Of a stretch of DNA of 64,000 nt, positions 45,785 through 55,196 are shown one piece after another. Numbering within the stretch: the stretch's first letter is position 1; each line of letters begins with the position of its first letter. A program made the translations under genes and the position numbers. The notes below the pieces were generated by a model. The model was not told where the DNA came from. It saw nothing but the letters and a program-made list of their open reading frames with translations, and did not search any database. Source of the stretch: Vicinamibacterales bacterium (lineage in GTDB: Bacteria > Acidobacteriota > Vicinamibacteria > Vicinamibacterales > 2-12-FULL-66-21); assembly GCA_036258055.1 (NCBI GenBank), contig DATAEK010000051.1:1532-65531 (forward strand). Reading direction: 5' to 3'.

Positions 45785-46466
45785 CCCGTGCGAGCTCGTC
45801 GTAGGTTCCTTCGCCGCGTACGTGCCCGGCGCTCAAGAGGACGAAGCGATCGCAGACGTGGGCCGCGTCGGTGATTTGGTGAATCGAGAGAAACAGCGTC
45901 CGTCCCTCGCCGGCGTGGGCGCGGAGTGTCGTGCCCACTTCGCGGCTCTGACGGAGATCGAGGCCGTCGAATGGTTCGTCGACGAGGAGGACCGGATGCG
46001 GCGTGAGGAGGCCGATGGCGAGCACCGCGCGTTTCCGTTCGCCTTTCGAGAGCGTCCCAATCGGAGACTCGAGGATCGGCCGGAGGGCGAGGCGCTCGAC
46101 GACCTCTTCCTTGCGCTCGACGCGTCCGCCGAAATAGCCGAGCGTAAAGTTGAGCGCCCACGAAACCGTCTGGGCCGGCCACGGGGCAATGGCGTCCGGA
46201 AGGTAGAAGAGCGACGAGGCGCGGCCGCGGACGTCGAGTACTCGGCCATCCACGCTGACCGCGCCGGAATCGGCGGGCAGCACTCCGGCGACGCACTCGA
46301 AGAGCGTGGTCTTTCCCGAGCCGTTCGGTCCGATCAGGCCGAGCACTTCACCCGGATACACGGAGAACGACACGCCTGACAGAGCCGTCAATCGTCCGTA
46401 CCGCTTCGTGAGGTCCCGCACCGTGACGATCGGCTGGACGTGTGACGTCGAACGCGGAGGTGGCAT
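45717..46466 (-). CDS. ABC transporter ATP-binding protein
   Basis: ORF 45717..46466. It has Walker A GPNGSGKTT, signature LSKGERKR and Walker B VLLVDEPFDGLD. Confidence 0.85.
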   Translation of the reverse strand: MPPPRSTSHVQPIVTVRDLTKRYGRLTALSGVSFSVYPGEVLGLIGPNGSGKTTLFECVAGVLPADSGAVSVDGRVLDVRGRASSLFYLPDAIAPWPAQTVSWALNFTLGYFGGRVERKEEVVERLALRPILESPIGTLSKGERKRAVLAIGLLTPHPVLLVDEPFDGLDLRQSREVGTTLRAHAGEGRTLFLSIHQITDAAHVCDRFVLLSAGHVRGEGTYDELARVAASEHHARAPRDLEDVVLALT

Positions 46467-46618
46467 CGTGTGTTGAAGTCGAGAATCAGCCAGCTAATTT
46501 ACCGATCGGAACCGATTACTACCACTTGTCGTAGTTCCAGCCGGATGCCGTCACCCGTCGCGTACGCGTTGAAAGGATTGACTTTGTCCGGGTCGCTTGT
46601 CATCTTACTGACATCCTG

Positions 46619-49498
46619 ATGATCGGCCGTACGGTTTCTCACTACCACGTGCTGGGCGAGCTCGGCAGCGGTGGCATGGGCGTTGTCTATCGGGCAGAAG
46701 ATGTGCGGCTCGGACGTCTGGTCGCGCTGAAGTTCCTCCCCCCGGACCTTCTGGGCGATCACGAAGCCCGCGAGCGCTTCCGGCGCGAAGGACGCCTCGC
46801 CTCGTCGCTCAATCACCCCGGCATCTGCACCGTCCACGACGTCGACGAGGACGCCGGCCGCCCCTTCATCGTCATGGAGCTGGTGGAGGGGGCGTCGCTG
46901 ACGGCGCGGCTGCAGTCCGGGCCGTTCACACCGCAGCGGACCGTAGAAGTCGGTGCCGAGATCCTCGAGGCGCTCAAGGCCGCGCACGCGCGCGGGATCA
47001 TCCACCGCGACATCAAGCCGGCGAATATCTTCATTACGCCCACCGGCCACGTGAAAGTGCTGGATTTCGGCCTGGCCCGGATGACGACGCTCACCGGCGA
47101 GCGCGCGGATGCGGCGCTCCACGACGCCAGGGGCGGGGCTCCGAGCGGCAGTGCGATCCACGACACGTTGACCAGCCCTGGAATCCAGGTGGGCACGGTC
47201 GCCTACATGTCACCTGAGCAGGCGCGAGGAGAACGACTCGACGCGCGGTCGGATCTGTTCGCGCTCTCGGCGGTGCTCTACGAGATGGTCACGGGGCTGC
47301 GCGCGTTTCCGGGCAGCTCGCTCGCGCTGGTGAGCGATCAGATCCTCAATCGGCAGCCGCTGCCGCCCCGGTCCGTGAATCCGTCGATCCCGGCCGGACT
47401 CGAGCGCGTGATCATCCGCGGCCTCGAAAAGGCGCGTGACGATCGATATCAGTCCGCCGAGGAGATGGCCCGCGAGCTGCGCGGGGCTGTCGAGGATGTC
47501 GCGGCGTCGGGACGTGGGACCGAGGTGGGACGCGTGAGACCGCGCGCCGGCCGCTATGCCGCGCCGCTCGTGGCTGGCGCGCTCATCGTGATCGCGGGGC
47601 TCGCCGTCGCCTGGCCGGCGGTGTCGCGCCTGCGCGGAACGGCCAGGCTCACGGATCGCGACTCGATCATGATCGCCAACTTCGCGAACACGACCGGCGA
47701 TCCCGTATTCGATGACACACTCAGCCAGGCGCTCTCGATTCAGATCGGCCAGTCGCCGTTTCTGGATGTCGTGCCAGAGCCGCGCCTGCGTGACACGCTT
47801 CGCCTGATGGGCCGCGACGAGAACACGGCGCTGACCGGCGCGGTCGCTCGCGAAGCGTGCGTGCGGGCGAACGTGAAAGCGCTGCTCGAGCCATCGATTG
47901 CGAGCGTCGGCAGTCTGTATGTCGTCACGCTCAACGCGATCGAATGCGGCACCGGGCGCGTGATTGCTGCGGCGGACGCGCGGAGCGAGCGGAAGGAAGA
48001 TGTGCTGCGCGCGCTCGGCAGCGTCACCTCTGTCGTGCGTCAGAAGCTGGGGGAGTCGTCGCTCAAGCAATTCGACGTCCCGATCGAGCAGGCGACGACG
48101 CCTTCCCTCGAAGCGCTCCAGGCATACACGCTCGGGCGTGCGCAGCGAGCGAAAGGCGCGGAGCTCGAGTCCATCAAGTTTTTCGAGCGCGCCCTCGAAG
48201 CCGATCCGAACTTCGCCGCGGCGCACACCCAGCTCTCGACGGTCTACGGCGGCCTCGGCGAGTGGGCACGCGCCGAGGAGGAGGCGAAGGCTGCCTACGA
48301 GCGTCGCGATCGCGTCAGTGAACGCGAACGCTTTCTGATCGCCTACCAGTACCACGATCGCGTCACGGGAGACATGCTCGAGGCCGCGCGCACGCTCGAC
48401 CTCTGGAAGCAGACCTATCCGCGCGATTTCGTGCCGGTCAACGCGCGCGCGCTCATCTTCGATCGGCTCGGCCTCTACGATCGCGCGGTCGACGAGGCGA
48501 AGGAAGCGCTCGTGCGCCAGCCGGATCATCCGTTTCCGCTCTCGAATCTCGCCTACGCCTACCGCGGGCTTGGCCGCTTTGCCGAGGCCCGTCAGATTGC
48601 GCAGCACGCCGTCGATCTCAAGATCGAAACCTCGCCGACGCGTCGGCTCCTCTATCAGCTGGACTTGCTCGAAGGCCGCACCGAAGCTGCAGAGGAGCAT
48701 CTGCGGTGGGCGAGGGATCGGCCCCGCGAGTTCGATCTCCAGAGCGCACGCGCGCAGTGGCTGGCATTCCAGGGACGGATGGCGGAAGCCCGGGAGGTGT
48801 ACGAGCAGGTCATCGACCTCGCGAACCGCCGCAATCTGCCGGAAACGGCGGCCGGATTCGCTGCGCACCTGGCGCTGACCGAGGCGCTGTACGGCGACGC
48901 CCGTCGCGCCACAGCGGCGGCCGAGGCGTCGATGAGCGGCGAGCCAGCAAAGGGCGTATCACCGGCGGTGCCGCGGTTTCGCGCCATTGCCGCTCTCGCT
49001 CTTGCGGGCGATCCGGCACGCGCCGAGGAGGTCGCGCGCGCGCTCTCGACGCGATTCCCGGAATCGACGCTCGTCAAGACAGTCATGCTGCCGGTCGTGC
49101 GCGGCGCCGCGGCCATCGCACGGGGACGGCACGAGCAGGCCATGACGGCTCTTCGCGATGCCAGTGATTACGAACTCGGGACCATCGCAGCGCTGGTGCC
49201 GATCTACTTCCGCGGACTCGCATACCTTGGGGCGGGCGATGGTCAGCACGCCGGCGCCGAGTTCCAGCGGCTCCTCGATCATCGCGGGCCCGATCCGTTC
49301 GCCCCGATGTGCGCTCTCGCGCGGCTCGGTCTCGCCCGTTCGCTCGTGGCGACCGGCAGGATCCCCGAGGCTCGCGCCGCCTACGACGCGTTTCTGCAGT
49401 CCTGGAGTCAGGCGGACGCGGATTTGCCGGCGCTGGTGGCGGCGCGGAGCGAGCGCGCGCGCCTCGTGACCAACCCGTCCCCGGCTCAGTCACGGTAA
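46619..49498 (+). CDS. Ser/Thr protein kinase with TM segment, periplasmic domain and TPR tail
   Basis: ORF 46619..49498. Kinase motifs are [29 protein letters not shown] and YMSPEQ, followed by a TM segment and TPR repeats. Confidence 0.9.
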   Translation: MIGRTVSHYHVLGELGSGGMGVVYRAEDVRLGRLVALKFLPPDLLGDHEARERFRREGRLASSLNHPGICTVHDVDEDAGRPFIVMELVEGASLTARLQSGPFTPQRTVEVGAEILEALKAAHARGIIHRDIKPANIFITPTGHVKVLDFGLARMTTLTGERADAALHDARGGAPSGSAIHDTLTSPGIQVGTVAYMSPEQARGERLDARSDLFALSAVLYEMVTGLRAFPGSSLALVSDQILNRQPLPPRSVNPSIPAGLERVIIRGLEKARDDRYQSAEEMARELRGAVEDVAASGRGTEVGRVRPRAGRYAAPLVAGALIVIAGLAVAWPAVSRLRGTARLTDRDSIMIANFANTTGDPVFDDTLSQALSIQIGQSPFLDVVPEPRLRDTLRLMGRDENTALTGAVAREACVRANVKALLEPSIASVGSLYVVTLNAIECGTGRVIAAADARSERKEDVLRALGSVTSVVRQKLGESSLKQFDVPIEQATTPSLEALQAYTLGRAQRAKGAELESIKFFERALEADPNFAAAHTQLSTVYGGLGEWARAEEEAKAAYERRDRVSERERFLIAYQYHDRVTGDMLEAARTLDLWKQTYPRDFVPVNARALIFDRLGLYDRAVDEAKEALVRQPDHPFPLSNLAYAYRGLGRFAEARQIAQHAVDLKIETSPTRRLLYQLDLLEGRTEAAEEHLRWARDRPREFDLQSARAQWLAFQGRMAEAREVYEQVIDLANRRNLPETAAGFAAHLALTEALYGDARRATAAAEASMSGEPAKGVSPAVPRFRAIAALALAGDPARAEEVARALSTRFPESTLVKTVMLPVVRGAAAIARGRHEQAMTALRDASDYELGTIAALVPIYFRGLAYLGAGDGQHAGAEFQRLLDHRGPDPFAPMCALARLGLARSLVATGRIPEARAAYDAFLQSWSQADADLPALVAARSERARLVTNPSPAQSR

Positions 49499-49509
49499 AC
49501 TCTTCATGA

Positions 49510-52332
49510 ATGCAGGGCCAGACGATCTCTCACTATCGGATAGGGGAGGAGCTCGGCCGCGGAGGCATGGGCGTCGTCTATCGGGCCGACGATCTCCGGC
49601 TGCATCGACCCGTCGCGCTGAAGCTGCTCCCCGCTGAGCTCGCCGATCATCCCGATGCGATCGAACGCCTGCGGCGCGAAGCCCGTCTCGCGTCAGCGCT
49701 GAACGACCCGCACATCTGCACGATCCACGACGTGGGAGACGAGAACGGACGGCCGTTCATCGTCATGGAGCTGCTGCGCGGGTCCACGCTGCGGACGTTG
49801 ATCGGCGGGCGTCCGATGGACGTGCTGCGCGCCCTCGACATCGCCATTGAAGTGGCAGAGGGGCTGCAGGTCGCGCACGCCCGCTCGATCGTTCACCGCG
49901 ACATCAAACCGGCGAACATCTTCATCACTGAAGACGGCCACGCGAAGATCATGGATTTCGGCCTCGCGAAGCTCGCGCAGGATCGCCGGGCCGCAGTCTC
50001 GCTGAGCTCGTCGGAGCCTACGGCGTCCGTGTCGATGGAAGAAGGTTCGCGGTCCGGTCATCCGGGCGGCACCGCGACCTACATGTCGCCGGAGCAGGCC
50101 CGTGGTGAGCTGCTCGATTCGCGGACCGATCTGTTCTCGCTGGGCGCGGTCCTCTACGAGATGCTGACCGGCCAGCGGGCATTCAAAGGGAACACGCCCG
50201 CTGTCGTGTTCGATGGCATCCTCAATCGGTCGCCCGAGCCCGCCTCGCGATTGAACCCGGAGGTCCCAGCCGCGTTCGATCAGGTCATCGACAAGGCGAT
50301 GGAGAAGGATCGCGAGCTCCGCTACCAGAACGCCGCGGATCTGGCGGTCGATCTCCGCCGTCTCAAGCGGGCGTTCTCGTCCGGCACGCATGCACTCCCG
50401 ATTCCCGCGCCGCGGCGGCGCTATACCGGGGTGATCATCGGACTTGGCCTTGCGGTCGCCGCACTCGTCGCCGTGGTGCTCTGGCGCCGTCCGATCGAGA
50501 ACCACGCGCTGACCGACAAGGACTCGATCGTACTCGGCGAAGTGGCGAACAACACGGATGATCCGGTCTTCGACGGCACATTGCGCCAGGCGCTCGCCGT
50601 GCAGCTCGGACAATCGCCGTTCCTCGACATCCTGCCCGACGAGCGTGTCTCGGATGCCCTCGCGCTGATGGGGAGGCCGCGTGACGCCCGGCTGCTTCCG
50701 GAAGTGGCGCGCGAGGCCTGCGAGCGTCTCAGCGGGACCGCGGTGATCGACGGATCGATTGCCCGGCTCGGCCAGTTGTACGTACTCACCCTCAGCGCCT
50801 CTGCCTGTCAGACCGGCAGGGTCCTCGCGCAGGAGCAGGTTAACGAAGACAGTCGCGAGCGCGTGTTGCAGGCGCTGACACGCATGACCACATCGTTGCG
50901 GACACGCCTCGGCGAATCGCTCGGGTCGTTGCAGCGGTTCAACCTTCCCGTCGAGCAGGTCACGACGCCGTCGCTCGACGCGCTCCGAGCCTACACGCTG
51001 GGAAACGCTCGACGGCAGGCCGGTCAGGAGATCGAGTCGATTCCGTTCTTCGAGCACGCGATTCAGCTCGATCCGGATTTCGCCATGGCCTACACGGCGC
51101 TTTCCACCGTCTACGGCAATCTGGGGGAATCACAGCGCAGCGAAGAGTACGTGCAGCGCGCTTACGACAACCGGAACCGCGTCAGCGAACGCGAGCGTCT
51201 GTTCATCACGTTCCAGTACCATGATCGGATCACGGAAGACGAGCTCCGCGCGATGGAGACGCTCGAGGTCTGGAAGCAGTCCTACGCCCGGGACTATCGG
51301 CCGTCGAACGCGCTCTGCCTGGTTCTCACGCGGCTCGGGCAGTACGAGCGGGCGATCGAGGAAGGCCGCGAGGCGATGCGACGTAATCCGGCGCATCCGT
51401 TCCCGTACTCCAACCTGGCCGCAGCGTATCGCGCCGCCGGACGCTATACGGACGCGCGGGAGACGGCGAACCAGGCTGTGGCCCGGAAGTTCGAGACCCT
51501 GCCGACGCGGCGGCTGCTGTTTCAGCTCGATACGTTGGCCGGAGACGCGGCGGCAGCGGCGACGCACGTCCAGTGGGCACGTGGGCGTCCGCGAGAGTTC
51601 GACATGGTGGGGGCAGAGGCGCAGGTCGCGGTCTTTCAAGGCCGGATGGCGGACGCGCGGCGCCTCTACGACCAGACGATCGAGATGGCGACGAAGGCCG
51701 GGTTGCGCGAGGTGTCGTCGGGTTACGCCGTTCAGATCGCGTGGGCCGAAGCGGTTTACGGAAATCGCGCGAAAGCGCTCGAGCGGATCCGCGCGCTGCT
51801 TCAAGGTCCGCTGACGTCCGTCCCGCAGACCCGGGCGGCTGCGGTGCTTGGCTTCGCGGAACAGCCAGACGAGGGCGACGCGACGCTGCGGCCGATCGTC
51901 GCCCGGTCGGCAAAGACGACCCTCATCGGGGGCACGCTCATGCCGATTGCGCAGGCGGCGATTGCGCTCGGCCGGAACGCGCCCGACCGTGCGATCCAGG
52001 CGCTTCGCCAGGCGGCTCCCTACGAGCTCGGGACAGTCGCCGCCCTGGCGCCGAATTACCTGCGAGGCGTGTCGTATCTGCGAGCACGATCCTGGCGGGA
52101 GGCGGAGCGTGAGTTCCGCACAGTCATCGATCATCGCGGCGTGGATCTGTTCTCACCGCTCCTGCCTGCCGCTCAGGTCGGCCTCGCGCAAGCGCTGCGC
52201 GGCGCCGGCGATATCGACGGCAGCCTTCGCGCCTACGACGAGGCGCTTCGCGATTGGTCCGCCGCCGATCAGGACCTTCCGATGCTCCGGGCGGCGATCG
52301 GCTCGCGCGGGGCCGTGCGCTCGCAACGTTGA
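49510..52332 (+). CDS. Ser/Thr protein kinase with TM segment, periplasmic domain and TPR tail (tandem paralogue)
   Basis: ORF 49510..52332. It has the same motif order as the upstream kinase and is visibly colinear with it along the full length. Confidence 0.9.
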   Translation: MQGQTISHYRIGEELGRGGMGVVYRADDLRLHRPVALKLLPAELADHPDAIERLRREARLASALNDPHICTIHDVGDENGRPFIVMELLRGSTLRTLIGGRPMDVLRALDIAIEVAEGLQVAHARSIVHRDIKPANIFITEDGHAKIMDFGLAKLAQDRRAAVSLSSSEPTASVSMEEGSRSGHPGGTATYMSPEQARGELLDSRTDLFSLGAVLYEMLTGQRAFKGNTPAVVFDGILNRSPEPASRLNPEVPAAFDQVIDKAMEKDRELRYQNAADLAVDLRRLKRAFSSGTHALPIPAPRRRYTGVIIGLGLAVAALVAVVLWRRPIENHALTDKDSIVLGEVANNTDDPVFDGTLRQALAVQLGQSPFLDILPDERVSDALALMGRPRDARLLPEVAREACERLSGTAVIDGSIARLGQLYVLTLSASACQTGRVLAQEQVNEDSRERVLQALTRMTTSLRTRLGESLGSLQRFNLPVEQVTTPSLDALRAYTLGNARRQAGQEIESIPFFEHAIQLDPDFAMAYTALSTVYGNLGESQRSEEYVQRAYDNRNRVSERERLFITFQYHDRITEDELRAMETLEVWKQSYARDYRPSNALCLVLTRLGQYERAIEEGREAMRRNPAHPFPYSNLAAAYRAAGRYTDARETANQAVARKFETLPTRRLLFQLDTLAGDAAAAATHVQWARGRPREFDMVGAEAQVAVFQGRMADARRLYDQTIEMATKAGLREVSSGYAVQIAWAEAVYGNRAKALERIRALLQGPLTSVPQTRAAAVLGFAEQPDEGDATLRPIVARSAKTTLIGGTLMPIAQAAIALGRNAPDRAIQALRQAAPYELGTVAALAPNYLRGVSYLRARSWREAEREFRTVIDHRGVDLFSPLLPAAQVGLAQALRGAGDIDGSLRAYDEALRDWSAADQDLPMLRAAIGSRGAVRSQR

Positions 52333-52468
52333 CGGCGTTGGTCCGCCCAGGCTGAACACCACCGGAGAGGTCCTCCCGAAGCCACACATCAGGATTCGCA
52401 TCCCTTCGTTCACCCCTTGGGGAACCCTGGGTTCTGTTGCGGCAGAGCCGTTGTCACACATTTTCCCT

Positions 52469-52484
52469 TGGCATCAGTAGTGCA
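52469..52484 (+). promoter_or_regulatory. Candidate sigma54 (-24/-12) promoter TGGCAT-N5-GTGCA
   Basis: TGGCATCAGTAGTGCA has GG and GC at the canonical spacing of the TGGCAC-N5-TTGCA consensus. It lies about 85 nt upstream of the receiver gene. Confidence 0.35.
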
Positions 52485-52568
52485 TTAATCACCTTCACGC
52501 CGACTGAGCCTGCCCTGGCGATCACCGCATCTTCCGGTGAATGCCCGTGCGTTTCCCAATCGAGTCAG

Positions 52569-52922
52569 ATGGCTACCGTTCTACTGGTGGAGGACAACGA
52601 CGACGTTCGCGACATGATGGCGCTGGCGCTCCAGATCGCCGGGAACTTCGTAATTACCGCGAGAAACGGCGCCGAAGCGCTGGATCTCCTGCACGACCAA
52701 CCCCGACCGTGCCTCATCATCCTCGACCTGATGATGCCGGTCATGAACGGATGGGAGCTGAAGGCCGCGCTCGTGAGCGACCCGGCGCTTTCCGATATTC
52801 CGACGATCGTCGTGTCCGCTCTGAGTGACGAGATGATGGCGCGCGCAGGTGGCACCGAGTTCCTGGCGAAACCCGTCGATATCGATCGGCTCATCGAAGC
52901 CGTCTGTCAACACTGCCACTGA
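52569..52922 (+). CDS. Single-domain response regulator (receiver only)
   Basis: This is the in-frame ATG within ORF 52437..52922. It gives MATVLLVEDNDDVRDMM..LIILDLMMPVMNG..LAKPVDIDRL. Confidence 0.85.
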   Translation: MATVLLVEDNDDVRDMMALALQIAGNFVITARNGAEALDLLHDQPRPCLIILDLMMPVMNGWELKAALVSDPALSDIPTIVVSALSDEMMARAGGTEFLAKPVDIDRLIEAVCQHCH

Positions 52923-52942
52923 TTGGTCTGACCGTCGGATTT

Positions 52943-53398
52943 CTACCGGCTGTGCGGGGCGCCGTGTGCGGGTGTGCGATCTCTGAGGGCCGCCCTGGAG
53001 TCCTTCTGAGCGGGCTTCGTGTCTTTCAGGATGAAGAGCAGTTCGCCGGGCCGAATCAGGCCGAGCTCTTCACGAGCGACCGACTCGATGGCCTTCGGGT
53101 CCTCGCGGAGGCGACGAGCCTCGTCACGAAGCTGCGCGTTCTCCTGACGCAGACGGGCCACCTGCGCTTCCTGCTCGCGGGCTTGCCGCCGGGCCCGCAT
53201 CGTTTCCATGAATCCCTTTTCGCCGACGAGCGCGTCCACGACGAGCACGACCGTCACGAAGATCAACAGGAAATGGATCACCTTCCGCCGCAGCGGCGAC
53301 GCGGGTGAAGCGACCGGCTGTCGGCGTCGGAGTGGCGCCGGCGTCCTCTTGAGCCGAGGGGTATCCGATTGGACTGGGAGACCGGGTGTGGGGGACAT
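52943..53398 (-). CDS. ftsB: Septum formation initiator (FtsB/DivIC-family) protein
   Basis: ORF 52943..53398. It has a single TM (IHFLLIFVTVVLVVDALV), a coiled coil (QVARLRQENAQLRDEARRL) and REELGLIRPGE. Confidence 0.7.
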   Translation of the reverse strand: MSPTPGLPVQSDTPRLKRTPAPLRRRQPVASPASPLRRKVIHFLLIFVTVVLVVDALVGEKGFMETMRARRQAREQEAQVARLRQENAQLRDEARRLREDPKAIESVAREELGLIRPGELLFILKDTKPAQKDSRAALRDRTPAHGAPHSR

Positions 53399-53450
53399 GG
53401 GTCCGGGACAGATCTGTACCTAGTCTTTTCGTTCGCAGCCCGGCCGGAGT

Positions 53451-53783
53451 TTAGGCCTGTCCGCTCTTGGTCGACTCACCGACCCACCGCAGGTAGGCTT
53501 CGTTGCCGTCCACGATCGAGAGCACCAGGAACTCGGGAACCTCGTAAGGGTGCATCTCTCGCACGCGGTCCCACAGCGCGATCACGCGATCGCGCGAGGT
53601 CTTGATAATCACCTGGCGCTCGGTCTCCTGCTCGACGCGGCCTTCCCAGCGATAGACCGATTCCATCACAGCCAAAAAGTTCACGCAGGCAGCCAGACGC
53701 TCTTCCACGAGCGTCCGCCCAAAGGACGCCGCGTCGGCGTCGGCGGGCAAGGTGGTCAAGACGACAACGTAATCTGAGCTCAT
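53451..53783 (-). CDS. cutA: Divalent-cation tolerance protein CutA
   Basis: ORF 53451..53783, 110 aa. It contains LAACVN, SVYRWEG..E and HPYEVPE, typical of CutA1. Confidence 0.85.
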   Translation of the reverse strand: MSSDYVVVLTTLPADADAASFGRTLVEERLAACVNFLAVMESVYRWEGRVEQETERQVIIKTSRDRVIALWDRVREMHPYEVPEFLVLSIVDGNEAYLRWVGESTKSGQA

Positions 53784-53804
53784 CGCACTCTGGGCGGTCT
53801 ATCC

Positions 53805-53918
53805 AGGTTCTAGGGTTCTACAGTTCTCGGGTTCTATCGTTCTCAGGTTCTCAAGCTCGAGTTCCAGAGTTCTCGGTCCAGAACCTGAGAACCTATAGAA
53901 CCCGAGAACCAGAGAACG
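53805..53918. repeat. Palindromic array of phased GTTCT octamers / AGAAC units forming a long imperfect hairpin
   Basis: Six consecutive 8-bp units NGTTCTNN occupy 53806..53853, with two more GTTCC/GTTCT copies after them. Five AGAAC units follow at 8-9 bp spacing (53880..53917). Perfect pairings are 53823..53837 with 53895..53909 (15 bp), 53839..53851 with 53880..53892 (13 bp) and 53815..53819 with 53913..53917 (5 bp). Confidence 0.85.
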
Positions 53919-53925
53919 ACAAGCA

Positions 53926-55077
53926 TCACTCCAGCGCCTGTTTCAGGTCATCGATCAGATCCGCGGGATCCTCGACGCCTGTGGAGATCCGGACCATGCT
54001 GTCGGTGAGCCCGATCTCGCGCCGCCGCTCCGGCGGGACGGATGCGTGCGTCATCGACGCCGGGTGACACACCAGTGTTTCGACGCCACCCAGACTCTCC
54101 GCGAGCGCCATCAGGCGGACGCGGTTGCAGACGCGGCGCGCCTTCTCGAACGTACCGACATCGAACGATAGCATGCCGCCGAAGCCGCGCATCTGCCGCC
54201 TGGCGAGCTCGTACTGGGGATGCGACGGCAGCCCCGGGTAGAACACCTGTTCGACCGCGGGATGCGTGGCGAGAAACTCCGCGAGCGCCTGGCCGTTGGT
54301 GTTGTGCTGCGCCATCCGCAGCGCCAGCGTCTTCGTCCCGCGCAGGACAAGCCACGAGTCGAAAGGACTCAGGATGGCTCCGGCTGCGTTCTGGATGAAC
54401 TTCAGCCACTCGATGTGCTCGTCCCGCACGGCCACGACGATGCCGCCGACGCTGTCGCTGTGGCCGTTGAGATATTTGGTCGTGCTGTGGATGACGAGGT
54501 CCGCCCCGAACTCGATCGGACGCTGGACGCTCGGGCTGGCGAAGGTGTTGTCGACGACCAGCCACGCCTGGTGGCGGTGGGCAATCTCCGCCGCGCGCGC
54601 CATGTCGGTCAGACGCATGACCGGGTTGGTCGGTGTCTCCACGAACAACAGCCGCGTCTCGGGCCGCATCGCCTGCTCGACGAGCTCGAGCTGCGACGTG
54701 TCGACGTAGCTGAACGAGAGGTCGTATCTCGAGAGGACCTTGTCGAACAACCGGAACGTCCCGCCGTAGGTGTTGTCGGTCACGACCACGTGATCGCCGG
54801 CCTTCAGCATCGTGGCGATGGCCCCGATCGCGGACATCCCGGACGCGAACGCGTAGGCCGCGCGACCACCTTCAATCGCCGCGATGTTCTGTTCGAGCGC
54901 TCCGCGCGTTGGATTCTGTGTGCGCGCGTACTCGTAGCCCTTGTGCCGGCCGAGCTCGTCCTGCACGTAGGTGGAAGTCTGGTAGATTGGCGTGATGATG
55001 GCGCCGGTCGACGGATCGGGCTGCTGACCGGCATGGATGCAGATCGTGGAGAAACGCGCGCTCGGTGGAAGTGTCAT
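53926..55077 (-). CDS. PLP-dependent trans-sulfuration enzyme (cystathionine gamma-synthase/beta-lyase/gamma-lyase family)
   Basis: ORF 53926..55167 with ATG 55077 (MTLPPSARFSTICIHAGQ). The PLP-lysine motif is HSTTKYLNGHSD. Confidence 0.85.
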   Translation of the reverse strand: MTLPPSARFSTICIHAGQQPDPSTGAIITPIYQTSTYVQDELGRHKGYEYARTQNPTRGALEQNIAAIEGGRAAYAFASGMSAIGAIATMLKAGDHVVVTDNTYGGTFRLFDKVLSRYDLSFSYVDTSQLELVEQAMRPETRLLFVETPTNPVMRLTDMARAAEIAHRHQAWLVVDNTFASPSVQRPIEFGADLVIHSTTKYLNGHSDSVGGIVVAVRDEHIEWLKFIQNAAGAILSPFDSWLVLRGTKTLALRMAQHNTNGQALAEFLATHPAVEQVFYPGLPSHPQYELARRQMRGFGGMLSFDVGTFEKARRVCNRVRLMALAESLGGVETLVCHPASMTHASVPPERRREIGLTDSMVRISTGVEDPADLIDDLKQALE

Positions 55078-55196
55078 GGTCTGTTGGTGAATCGACGTAC
55101 GGGGACCTCGTCCGGATCGTACCGGGTGCAATCGTAGCGCCCTGCAATTCGGCGAGCCCCGTACCATAGTCTGTTATCATTCGATTTTCAATTCGC

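Noticed and set aside
47210-48868. 552-aa minus-strand ORF, and similarly 49693..51057 (454 aa) and 51130..52134 (334 aa)
   Set aside because: These are antisense to the two Ser/Thr kinase genes. Their translations are Arg-rich low-complexity sequences.
53805-53918. Considered as a CRISPR array or tandem-repeat VNTR
   Set aside because: The units are only 8 bp with no spacers, and half of them are inverted. The structure is a palindromic array, so it is reported as a repeat/hairpin instead.
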